DNA of 48,608 bases, filler included, from Jimgerdemannia flammicorona (GCA_003990765.1; 2 parts of 2 records of this genome joined end to end with filler, not necessarily neighbours in it), one strand, 5' to 3'. Shown: positions 13,536-24,812, numbered from the whole stretch's first letter. A program made the numbers and translations. The notes: generated by a model from the sequence alone, not told the origin.

Positions 13536-13911
13536 TGTGATAGTTAATTTGAATTAGGAATACAAATCAGAGAAATTAGATATTTAATTATAGTATCTAA
13601 ATCTAATTCCTGATATAGTATAGCTATATAAATAGTAGTTATAGAACTTTGCTACTAGTGAAATGACTCATAATATAGCCACCTTATAGCTAGCAAACTT
13701 GTATAAATAACCCAGTATCTTAGAGTGAATAAATCTCAGATTGAAATAGTTCAAAGTAAAGAGAAAGTAAAGAAACTAGTAAGCCTGTGGGTAGATATAC
13801 TTCAAACTTACTTTCCTACATCCTGAAGACTCTGCAAGAGTTAGAATAAATTAAGTTTTTAAGATATAGAAATCTGCCATACTTCCAAGATTAGGTATCT
13901 GTTATATTATA
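13536..13911 (+). repeat. 5' LTR (376 bp)
   Basis: Starts TGTGATAG; aligns end-to-end with 18118-18529; followed by a degenerate PBS-like TAGTGCC. Confidence 0.9.
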
Positions 13912-16087
13912 ACTTAGTGCCTATTAGTTAGTAATTTAAGATAAATTCCTTACTTTCAAGCTGAATAATAAATAACTACTATTATCCAAACAACTATATA
14001 AATTGAACTGAGATATCTAGAAAAGATGGATATGAGACCACCAGTATTCTATAGATATACTTTAGATAAATTGATCATTACCTTCATTGATGATTTTAAG
14101 CAATATGCTACTGTAAGAACTTTGACAGTAATACAGCAAGTAGTCCTCTTGCTCTTCAGTCTCCAAGGACTAGCAAGAACAGTATTTGTAGCTGCAACTT
14201 ATGTGAGAAATGATGACAATACAGTACTAATAATATAGAAGGCTTGGCTTTAAACTATCTACTATATATATGAGATCAAGCAAGCTCTAATAGATTGGCT
14301 CAATACAACCTATCAAGAAATGAGTAAGGATTCAAATATATTTTATACTAGAATCTGATATTAGATAATTCTGGCAGATTATACTGCTGCTATTTGAGAT
14401 TAAGTAGCTAAAGTAACCTTTATGAAAGAAGTTCACTCAGAGATAGTTCTAGCTATCTACTCATCACTAGTAGTTCTGAATCTATCACAAAAAGTTACCT
14501 ATACTCAGTGATACTAGATAGCCAGACATCCTCAAGACTATATAATAGAAAGAGTCACTAGAGTTAGAATTGAAGCACCTAAGACAACCAGTATGATCTC
14601 TACTATAGTGATTAATTGAAACACACCTCAGCCAAGAGCTACTAAGTAGTAGAGAAATAGTGACCCCATAGAGGAACTTACCAAGAAGTTTGCTAAAATG
14701 ATAGTCCACCTAGAAGATATAGTAAAGAAAATTAAAGGAAGAGACCACTACTCAGTTCAGAAATTTGCCACTATCTCAGATAAGAAGAGAGGTATCTGCT
14801 ACACTTGTGAAGAAGAAGGTCACTACTCATATGAATATATATATAAGTAAAATCAAGTGTAAGATCCAGCCAAGCAATACTACTCAAAATAAGAAATAAG
14901 CCAATACCATCACCTTGAAGGAAATTGAGGAATCAGATGAAGAGAAATGGAAAGCCTATTCTGCAGGAAAGATGTCCACAAATAACCCTATAAGAGACCA
15001 CCAGGGAGACTCAAGAAGAATTCTGTAGAAAAGTAAATAGAAACTACTACAGCAAGTCAAGGTGAATAAATGGATCAAGATATGGAGCTAGAACAGACTG
15101 TTTAAGATATCATCTAAGGAATTACTCCAGCCAGTGAAGGAGAAAAGAAGAAGAAGCTTTGCAAAACCAAGATCTTTAAGTATGATATCTTCAAGGACCT
15201 CAGTTAATAAAAGATCAATACAATCTTTGGCCAGCTAGTAGAAATACCCATATTCAGATAACAAATGAGATATGGACTTACTGAGATAACTAAGGAGCAA
15301 GGTTGAAAGATAACTAAGGCCAACAATATTCAAGAAGACTCAGAAGAAGATAGTGAAGACAATTACAAGATCTCTATCTATATAACCTATCAGATTGAAG
15401 ACAGAATCTTTGAAGCTATTATTGACACAGGAGTAGAAGAATGTCTCCTCAGCAAGAAAGCAGTAGACTGCCTAGGTTGGAAAGTTGAAAAGGCAACTAA
15501 ATTGATATTTGTCATATGTAACAGATAACACAAGAGCCACATCTCTGAAAAAGATCTAAGATGTTCCCATCAAGTTTAGAGGAGCAACTATTCTAGTAGA
15601 TATGATCATAACTAATGCCACCAATTATGACATCCTTATTGGTAACCAGTGGCTTCATAAAGCCAAGGTAGTAATTGATCTGAATGCCTAAAAGATACAG
15701 ATCATCTACCAAGACCAGAAGATGAGAATCTTCATTAATATCAATAAAGGAGTACTGTCTGAAATAGAGAAAGAAGAAAGTGAGAAAGAAGAAGTCTATA
15801 TGGTAACTACTTAGAAAAAGAAGAAGAAAGTCAGATAGATCAGTAAAGAAGAATGGTATAAGAAGATTGCAGAAGGATATATACCATAAGAAGTCTGCTC
15901 TCATGAAATCAAAATATACTATGGTGAGCACATCAATGACTGCTATCAACATAGCATTGATATCAGAAAGATCTATCAGGAAAGAAGACAGAAGGCTCTT
16001 GAAAAATAGGTAAGAAAAGAGGGGGAGAAGGAAGAGAATGATGAACTATCAGCCCTTCTGGAGAATAGTGATGATGAAGAAGAAACC

Positions 16088-16500
16088 AAGGTCAAGATTC
16101 AGAGAATCCACCCTGATACAGTTCTACCAAAATATAAATCAGAGAATATAGCTGAAATAGATATCACCATAGTAGAAAAAACTGTACTAGAGCTTCAGAC
16201 AATCACTCTACTTACAACTGGTCTAGAGATGATCATTCCAAAGAACTATGTTGAAATTCTCAAAACAAGAAGCAGTCTGGCTAGAAGTGAAATTATAATT
16301 GAAGGAGGAGTCATTGATTTAAATTATATTAGAGAAATATTACTTATTGCTAAAAACTATAATCTTACAATTCTATTGTCAATCAAGAAGAAGGACCAAC
16401 TAGCACAGATGTTAATCTTCTCAGTTCTTCAGCCAAAGATCATGGAAGTCAGGAAGTTAGAGGAAATGGAAAGAGGAAAGAAAGGATTCAGATCCACAGA
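16088..16500 (+). pseudogene. dUTPase domain inside pol, between protease and RT
   Basis: All five trimeric dUTPase motifs in degenerate form: AEIDI, RSSLA, GVIDLNYIREI, KDQLAQ, RGKKGFRST; in frame with RT. Confidence 0.9.
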
Positions 16501-18117
16501 AAGAGAAGTATTCATTAGTACCAATATTACTAAATTGGATCACAAGAAGGAGGAAACTATCAACAAGTATAGCTATATTATTGAAAATGAATTTCCACTT
16601 AAGAAGGAACTCAAGAAGATACTCTATGAATTTGAGAATGTCCTAGCCATAGATTTCAAGGATATCAAAGAAAAGATCCCATACTACTATTATGAGATAA
16701 ACATAGGAGACACTGAACTAATTTACCAAAAAGTAAGACCAATACTGCTAGCCTACCATAACTGGCTTAGAGAAGAAATCAAGCAGATAGAAGAAGCTAG
16801 TATCATTAAAGAAACCAGTAGCCCCTGGGCTTCACCAGTTGTACTAGTCCCTAAAAAAGGAAGCAAGCCAAGAGAATTCACTTTAAGACTGTTTACTAAT
16901 TATAGAAAGCTCAACTTGATTACTAAGAAAGCTATTACTCCTCATCAGTAATATCCTCATAACTCTGAAAGATAAAGCACAGTACTATAGTACCTTGGAC
17001 TTATACTCAGAATTTTATCAAATTAGCCTCACTGAAGTAGCAAGTAAAAAGTCAGTCTTTATTACCTCTATATCTATCTGTAAATACTATTCAGAATATA
17101 TAATGCCCCTGCAAGCTTTTAGTAAATGATGAATAAAATCTTCCAATATGACATAGAAAGATAGATGATGGTCTATATAAATGATATTATTATCTATAGT
17201 AAGATATCTGAGAAATATCTGCAATATATCCAGTAGATGATAGAGAAGCTAAGACAGTATGGTCTTTACATCAAGCCCAAGAAGTATAAGTTTGTGGAAA
17301 TCAAGATTATCTATCTTGACCATATCATCAATTGAGATGAAATATACACAGACCCCCTCAAGATTCAAGCAATAGTAGTATACCTAAGGTCCACTATAGT
17401 TACCAAAGTCCAAGCTTTCATGGAACTTGCCTTCTACTACTGAAGATTTATCAGAGGATTCTCTAATATTATAAGCCCAATTTATGAACTCAACAAGAAG
17501 GATATCAAGTTCCAATAGACTGATAGGCAATAAAAAGTATTTGATGAGCTTAAGGTCAGACTAACTTAGGTATAATTATTCTTACTACTATTTATCAAAA
17601 CCAACTTAAGAAGTATCATGGCCAATCAATGGAGTAATGCCACAGCCCTCAAGGTTACCAGTACTATATAATGAGCTATAAAAAGACAGTGATATTCTAC
17701 TGAGTCACCAACTATAGAGGAATCTTTTGATATAATCTAGAGTATAGTACAAATATACTTATCATAGATTTTATATTTCAAGGTACCAGAACTGAATAAG
17801 TTTCAAGAATACTTCAAGCTTAAGCAACTACTGAATTCACAACCAGAAATGAGAAAAGAAGACTGGATCTGAAAATGCTAACTCTCTTATACTCAAATTA
17901 CTATCCCTAAATGAGTGAACAAGTTGTTTAGAGAAGACAAAACAGCTCTAGCTCATCTTTGAGAAGTAACCCCAACAGACTTCAGACATATCAAGAGACA
18001 ATATTGAGAGAATATAATGATATAAATTACACAGTATAAAGAGATATAAATTATGGAAGCCTAGGAGTTTGAGTGAATAAGATATCTTAGAGATGAATTA
18101 CTTATTCAGAAGAAAGT

Positions 18118-18529
18118 TGTGACAGTTAATCTGAATCAGAAATATGAATCAGATAAATTAAACATTTAATCATAGTATCTGAACCCAATTCCTGATATAG
18201 TATAGCTACATAAATAGCAGTCATAGAACTTTGCTACTAGTGAATACTTTGCTACTAGTGAATACTTTACTACTAGCAAAATGACTCATAACATAGTCAT
18301 CTTATAGCTAGCAAACTTGTATAAATAACTCAGTATCTTAAAGTGAATAAACCTTAGATTGAAATAGTTCAAAGTAAAGAGAAAATAAAGAAACTAGTAA
18401 ACCTATAGGCAGATATACTTTGAACTCACTTCTCTATATCCTGAGGACTCTACAAGAGTCAGAACAAGTTAAGTTTTTAAGATATAGAAATCTGCTATAC
18501 TTCTAAGATTAGGTGTCTGCTATGTTATA
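18118..18529 (+). repeat. 3' LTR (412 bp, includes two extra copies of an 18-bp unit)
   Basis: Starts TGTGACAG; ACTTTGCTACTAGTGAAT-type unit present three times at ~18228-18281 versus once in the 5' LTR. Confidence 0.9.
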
Positions 18530-20101
18530 ATATATGTATATATATATATATATATCTTAATATATATATAGAATTATCAAATCTATATTATATATTTTTT
18601 ATAATTTTTATTTTTTTATTTTTATATAAAAATATTAATTTACTAATTTGTAATTTTTTTAAAATAATTTATTTTAATTATTTTAAAAGATATTAATATT
18701 TTAAATATGTATTTAATATAAGTACTACTTAAAGTTTTTATTTTATTTTATTTTTTTTTTTATAGAAAAAAAAATATAAAATAATAAAAATGAAGATAGT
18801 TAACTTTCTTTTTAAAATTTTTAATCTAATCATAATAACTGAGAATTATTAACTTTAGCTTTAAAATATAAGTTCTGATAAAATAAATCTTCTTTCAAGA
18901 AAATAAAAAACTATAATACTCAAAGAGTAATAGAAATAAATCTTTAAATAATCTTATAAAATAAATATAATAATAGTTTATAATTATTATTATTACAAAG
19001 AGATTAACTTCTTATTAAGGTTCAAGCCCAGTATTTTTCAAAACCTAGTCAACTTTTGAATATTATAATTGATAACAGAGACAGCTCAATTTTTTTTTTT
19101 TTTTGTTTTACAGAAGACAGGTCAATTATGCTTGGTAAGAGGCAGATTGAAAAAAAAATTTCATCATTCCAAGCCACTGTTATAATTTTGTAACGTGACC
19201 GAGGTCTGACACTGAGATAAAATTTTTCATCCATTTGTGGCTTATACATCAACACGCGTTATTTGAATTATCAATAAAGTGCCGCTCTTTGCCGCAATCC
19301 TCGAGATTCCTAACTATAAGGATAATCAAATACTCAACACATTTCCTGTCTTTTATCCTTCTCTCACACACCCTTTAATGCTAACCGACCGAGCATGCAC
19401 CTAAGGAAACATACCTGCATATCCATTTTTAATGGCACAAAAATCTACGAATTGTCTTTGATCATGCGCATCTCGCGATGCAGTGGGGTCGATCACATGT
19501 AGCACGAAATCGTGGACCAATCGGCATACCCACGCCGATCATCTCAATGGGAATTTACAGTCACGGTTAGCTTATCGGAATAATGGATGTGTGCCACTCT
19601 GCCACAATCACGTACACGAGTTTGTCGGCCATGTCTGGAACAATAAAACCGGGAATCCCAAATAGAGTGCCTTAATTACCTAATTAATAAGCGATCCCGC
19701 ATTCTTTGTTCCAGAGAGAAGATCACCAAGCAAGAGAGAATCGGTTTGAATTCCTTGTCAGATGGGTCCAAACTAAAAACTGGGTTGGATGATCCCATCG
19801 GATTGACTTCCGATCTCCTTTAAAAAGATGTCAAGCGATGGGCATTTATTCACAAGACGATGTTCAGTCAGGAAAGGTCCCAGAATATCATGGGTTGACA
19901 GCTGCGCCGGTGGGATGGAAAAGGGAAAAGTATGTCCCACAGGGATGCTCCGTGGTTCCACCACGGTTTGGCAGTAATAAGTTGGTGGCGGGACCGGGAA
20001 GATCTCATCGCGCGACTCCAATTGTTTGCTAAATATCTCATCAATAACCCCTCTTTCACCACACGCACACACTTGACCCGCTAAGGCCCCCGACATCCAC
20101 A

Positions 20102-22627
20102 ATGCCCAACCTCAAATGGTCCCTCCTTGCCACCCTCCTCTTTGCCATTGGCATCGGCCCCGCAAACAGCTACGTCGCTGTCCCTCGAGCCGGGACTGTG
20201 GCAGTACTCGTGGGAACTAAGTGAGCAAACCTCCATGATTTTTTGTCCCCTTGCTCCCTCCCTTTCGGCGACTTGGCGAAAGAAACTGTCTCTTTCATTT
20301 TAAATAGCTTAACGTCTGTTTGAATTTTTCTCATTTTCTCGTAGAGTATACGTCCAGGGCGGGTACACCACCGTCCAGACCACTGGTAACGGACCTCCCA
20401 CCAACGACATGCTCATCCTCCCGATCGACAAGAGCTTCGACCTGAGCAACCCACCCTGGGATCCGGCCAGCGGCACGTTCCCGGGTCCGGCTATTCAAGG
20501 TGTGTAGGCCTATGCTCGTGTCTCCGAAGCATCATTTTAACCATCACATCGTCATTCACATCCTCCTTCCAATCATTCATTTCCCTTCGCTCAACCCAGG
20601 TCAAATTGCCGGCTGCGGTGGCTTCAACAATACTATTATCTATTTTTTTGGTGGGCAGTACGTCAACGGGACGTTCAACAGTGACACCAACATGCTCTGG
20701 AGCTTCGACACCACCAAGAACACCTGGGGTCAACCCACCAACTACATAGGCGCTCCGCCACCACCCGTCGACTCCCACACCGGCGCCTCCCACTATTCCG
20801 ACAACTCCATCTGGGTGTTTGGCGGCGAGTCAAGTTCAGCCGGTACTACGCTCTTCAGCTCCTCATATAAGCTCGCCACCTATCCTACTCTGACCTGGAG
20901 TCTCGTCGGTGGTAGTGCGCCTGGCGGAGGGCGACAAGCTCATTCGGCCAACCTACTGTCTGATGGGAGAATGGTCATATTGGGGGGGGCCTGTCAAACA
21001 GGCATGTGTCCATTTTCCGATGTGCTTGTGTTTGATACCAACTCGGGGCTTTGGACTCTTCTCGTAAGTAGGAGGGGAGGGAGTTGTGTCGATTCCTTTA
21101 TTTCCTCTCCGTTTCGGTGATGTGTGTTTATACCTAGCAATTTATTCCCCCTTTGACCATATATCAGACCGCCTCCCTTGTGGGTACCGCTCCTCTCCCG
21201 CGCATCAGCCACATTTCCGTCACCAGTGAGTTTTTTTTTTTTATTTTATTTCATTTATAAAAAAAAAAAAAACATTCGCGTACATTTGCTACATTTATTC
21301 ATCGACCGAAATTCATGTGAAATTCGGTTTCTTGTATAATAGCACATGACAACAAAATTATTATTCATGGCGGGGAACTCGCTTCAGGGTTGGGTACAGG
21401 CGGTAAGTTTGAGGTTTCTTTATTAAGTGGAGTGGCATCAGAATCTCACCTGATTTGCGACATTAGACATCGCAGTGCTTGACATGAAGGCCGCGAACTT
21501 GGCATGGAGCGTGCCAGCGACAACGGGAACGGCCCCAACATTGCGCTTCGCCCATTCGGCCGCCATGGTCGGGACTATTGCATTCATCATGTTTGGTAAT
21601 ATATTATGTACACATGGTGGATTTTGGTTTTATCTTTGAGGGTGGTATAAACTCACCATCCATGCATTCTTATTTTTTAGGTCAGTCGGGCACCACCATC
21701 GACAACAAAATATATGCCCTGGATACCGACACTTGGGCCTGGCTCCAAACCTACAACCCCTCGCACCTTGAGTATACCAATACGGGGAACGTCCTTTCCA
21801 ACCCATCGGTTACGGGATCGCCTGCAACACCCATTACAGGGTCGCCTACGGGGTTGTCCACGGGGTCGCCTGGAGTTTCGTCTACGGAGCCGTCTCCGCC
21901 CATACCCATTGCAATGTACATTGGCATAGGGTTTGGAGCCGTCTGCGTCGCCGCCGCAGTGATCGCCGGCTTTCTCTTTTATAGACGCCGGAAGCAAGAT
22001 TACAAAGATCCGTACGTTGATCAGAATCCCGTCGTTCCCGATGTCCATAATTCTTACCACTACACCGACCACCCGGGTCAGATACAACCGAATCCCGTCG
22101 TTCCCGATGTCCACAATCCCTACCACTACAACGACTACCCGGGCCAGATGCAACCGAATCCCGTCGTTCCCGATGTCCACAATCCTTACCACCACAACGA
22201 CCAGCAACCGCATCTCGTCCTCCCTGATGTCCACAATCCTTATCCACACAACGATCAGCAACCGCATCAGGTTGTCCCCGATGTCCACAATCCTTACCCC
22301 CACAACGACCACCCGAATCCGATGCAACAGAATCTCGTCGGTCCCAACGGCCACAAATATTATGACCCCAACGACTATCCGCGTCCGGTGCAACCGCGTC
22401 CCGTCAGCCCCGAAGTCCAAAAACCTAACGACCTCAACGTCGGCCCCAAAATTCAGAAACCTAACGACCCCAACGTCGGCCCCATCGTCCACAAACCTAA
22501 CGACCCCAACGTCGGCCCCATCGTCCACAAACCTAATGTCCCATCCTTCTCTCCGCACGCCCATTCTGCTGGAAATTTCGTCGAACCGGCTACGTCTGCG
22601 ATCGCTGAGAGGGGAAGGGGGCAATGA
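20102..22627 (+). CDS. Type I membrane kelch-repeat protein, paralog 3
   Basis: Same 7-exon structure; MPNLKWSLLATLLFAIG signal; TM MYIGIGFGAVCVAAAVIAGFLFY then RRRK; longest repeat tail. Confidence 0.9.
22020..22545 (+). repeat. Coding tandem repeats (66-, 54- and 36-nt units) in paralog 3 tail
   Basis: QPNPVVPDVHNPYHYNDYPGQ, QPHLVLPDVHNPYPHNDQ and VGPIVHKPNDPN units. Confidence 0.9.
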
Positions 22628-23255
22628 CACAGGCCACAGTTTCTATAAACCATATCATACTGCGCTTACTGTGTGAAGGTTATTCCGAAAGTAAAGTGTA
22701 GCGGAAGCAAAGGCAATGAAGTGATATAAATCTGTGTCTGGGCATCTTTTATAGCACAACACAATACTATAGTCTTCAACAAACAGAATTATAGACCTTT
22801 AATACCAACCGTTTCGGTGAGGAAATGGATAATTAATATGTAAATATGGTATCTTTTTCGACCCATTATTCTAGTAATGGCGACACAAAATATATCGCAG
22901 GCAATATCAAATGTCTCTTCTTGCATAGCTTACAGGCAATTGTAGCTATCAACGAGAAGGCGATAGATAGAACGATAGTCAAGTTGGGGCGAGGTGAATG
23001 GAAACGACTCATATTTTTTACAGTTCCCAAGGTGCCTACTAGTTCTGTTTCGGGGAGCCCACTTTATTTTGTAATTGCACGCTTGTGTGCAGTGTCGTAT
23101 TTCATGCATGCCAGCACGACGGCATGCGGAAAATTTTGAATAAAAAAAATGGAAAAGTGTAATGAATGTAACTTTGAACTTGTAGATCTTAGATCTAAGT
23201 ATCAATGTCTCGTGCACGAGTCAGAGTGGCGTATACCACGTGATCACGCGCATCT

Positions 23256-24255
23256 TGTCCCAGGTTCATAGCAACCTCGGTTTACACTATGAATTAGATT
23301 CTAACTATCACACGATCCGTTCGATTCAGTGATGCTTGAGCTCTTGAGTCACCCAGGGTTCATAATATTTATAGTGATGAACAGAAGAAGTAATTTATTC
23401 AAAATATATAAGTCATATATTTCATACATTATATAAAACAGATGAAATAGTATGTATTATAAAGTTATATATCTACATATTGAGTTACAATCTCAACACT
23501 CTTCAGTCCTTTCTCCGCTACCTTACCGGTCACAAGGTTTGGTAGGCGACCTTCTGAGTCCCCTTTCCCCTATTGTTACCCCCTCTACCTCGGGTTGGTT
23601 TGCTGTGCCTGTAGGGGCATGGTGGGAGGAGGGCGATGGTGATGAGTTGCCCCTTTATCGGTGTCGGATCGGTGTCTTCTCCACTTTTTCGTGGTTTCTG
23701 GTGTCTTCGGCTGCGTCTGGAGTGCATCCGTTTTGGTGCGGCACCTTCTTCCTTTTGCCGTCGTCAACAAGGTGCTGTCTTGGTGTGTCTCGGGCTACGT
23801 AGGGAGTCGGCCGACCTTGGGCATCAAGTGCTCAGTGTAGGTTACCTGCAGGTCCTCGGTGCCTGTGGTGGGGCCCTCTGGCTTTGGCGAGCTTCCCGGC
23901 GAGCGCGGTTCTGGCGTAGGTGACTGCTTTTTGGGTGATGTCGGGATGGGAGGGGAGATGGCCGTCACAGATAGGAGGAAGGGCGATTATGGTGAACCAG
24001 TGGGGTGCCAGGCTGGGGGCGGTCATCGGGGCTAGGGCGGACAATATTTCGGTGGGGCCTTTCGATTGGCTGGTGGGGAGTGGGGTGGTGCAGGGGCCGG
24101 CGTCCTGGCTGTACCCAACTGGAACCGAGAGCTGACGCGGCAACGCGATCGAGGCCCGCAGGCTTGGGGAGTGGGACCTTCCTCATTTGGCAGTACCCGA
24201 CTGGAACCGGGAGCTGACACGGCAACGTGATCGAGGCCCGCAGGCTCGGGGAGTG
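23256..24255 (-). mobile_element. Probable 3' end of a second LTR retroelement (LTR ~23256-23498) truncated by the contig end
   Basis: On the minus strand a purine-rich tract GGAGAAAGGACTGAAGAG directly precedes TGTTGAG...GGGACA (TG...CA, 243 bp); upstream GC-rich degenerate coding-like sequence. Confidence 0.5.
24107..24255. repeat. 82-bp GC-rich tandem repeat running into the contig end
   Basis: GGCTGTACCCAACTGGAACC... at 24107 and GGCAGTACCCGACTGGAACC... at 24189. Confidence 0.9.
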
Positions 24256-24355
24256 NNNNNNNNNNNNNNNNNNNNNNNNNNNNNNNNNNNNNNNNNNNNT
24301 TAATTAATTAANNNNNNNNNNNNNNNNNNNNNNNNNNNNNNNNNNNNNNNNNNNN
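24256..24355. other. Artificial contig-join spacer (N44-TTAATTAATTAA-N44)
   Basis: 100-nt N block with a six-frame stop linker at 24300-24311. Confidence 0.98.
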
Positions 24356-24570
24356 AAAAAAAAAAGCAATAACTTCACTCGGTCGGGCACCAATATGTCT
24401 CGGCTATAATAATAGTATCTCGGCAGCTTGTTGCGGTAGCGTCTTAAATAAATTCTGGTAGCGGCTTCTTTATCTACGGTGGTGCAGTAACTTCTCGGGC
24501 GTAGCGTAACTTGCGGGAGATTCTTACGCGGCGGTTCTCTTATTTCGATACTTCACTGAACAAACCAAAC

Positions 24571-24812
24571 CTAAACGACAGCACACTCAAAAGTCTTCGT
24601 TATCCTGGGACCCACCGCGCATGGAGCTCTTTCGTTTGGCCACAGGCCATATAACTGCGTGACTAACTGTGTGCCATTTTGCCCGCACGCCAGACATCGC
24701 TGTGGGGCCTTGGAACTCTTCCGGAGCTTGTAGGCGTGGAATGCGCAGTACTCCGCCCCTCCGAGCAAGGATTTCCGTTTGTCCGACTAATATGTAGCCA
24801 AGTGCAAGGCAT
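24571..24812 (-). pseudogene. Degenerate small Cys/His-rich (zinc-finger-like) ORF
   Basis: MPCTWLHISRTNGNPC [frameshift] EYCAFHAYKLRKSSKAPQRCLACGQNGTQLVTQLY. Confidence 0.4.

Larger units (their letters stand above)
13536..18529 (+). mobile_element. Ty3/Gypsy LTR retrotransposon, inactivated: gag (zinc knuckle) - aspartic protease - dUTPase - RT; RNase H/integrase missing
   Basis: Paired LTRs; CYTCEEEGHYSYEY knuckle ~14797-14838; AIIDTG ~15415-15432; dUTPase ~16088-16500; RT motifs SSPWASPVVLVPKK, NYRKLN, STLDL, NAPASF, VYINDIIIYS, VQAFMELAFYY; many in-frame stops; purine tract AGAAGAAAG before the 3' LTR; ATAT on both flanks (possible TSD). Confidence 0.93.

Noticed and set aside
15593..15952. 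Hydrophobic minus-strand ORF in the retroelement
   Set aside because: Antisense shadow of A-rich pol sequence
12160..19050. TIRs or Helitron ends bounding the AT-rich island (CCAGG.. left, ..CCTAG right)
   Set aside because: Match too short, no TSD or terminal hairpin recognisable
21677..22676. Long antisense and alternative-frame ORFs over the kelch tails (also 2494-3221, 11409-11687)
   Set aside because: By-products of GC-rich in-frame repeats; no independent coding signal
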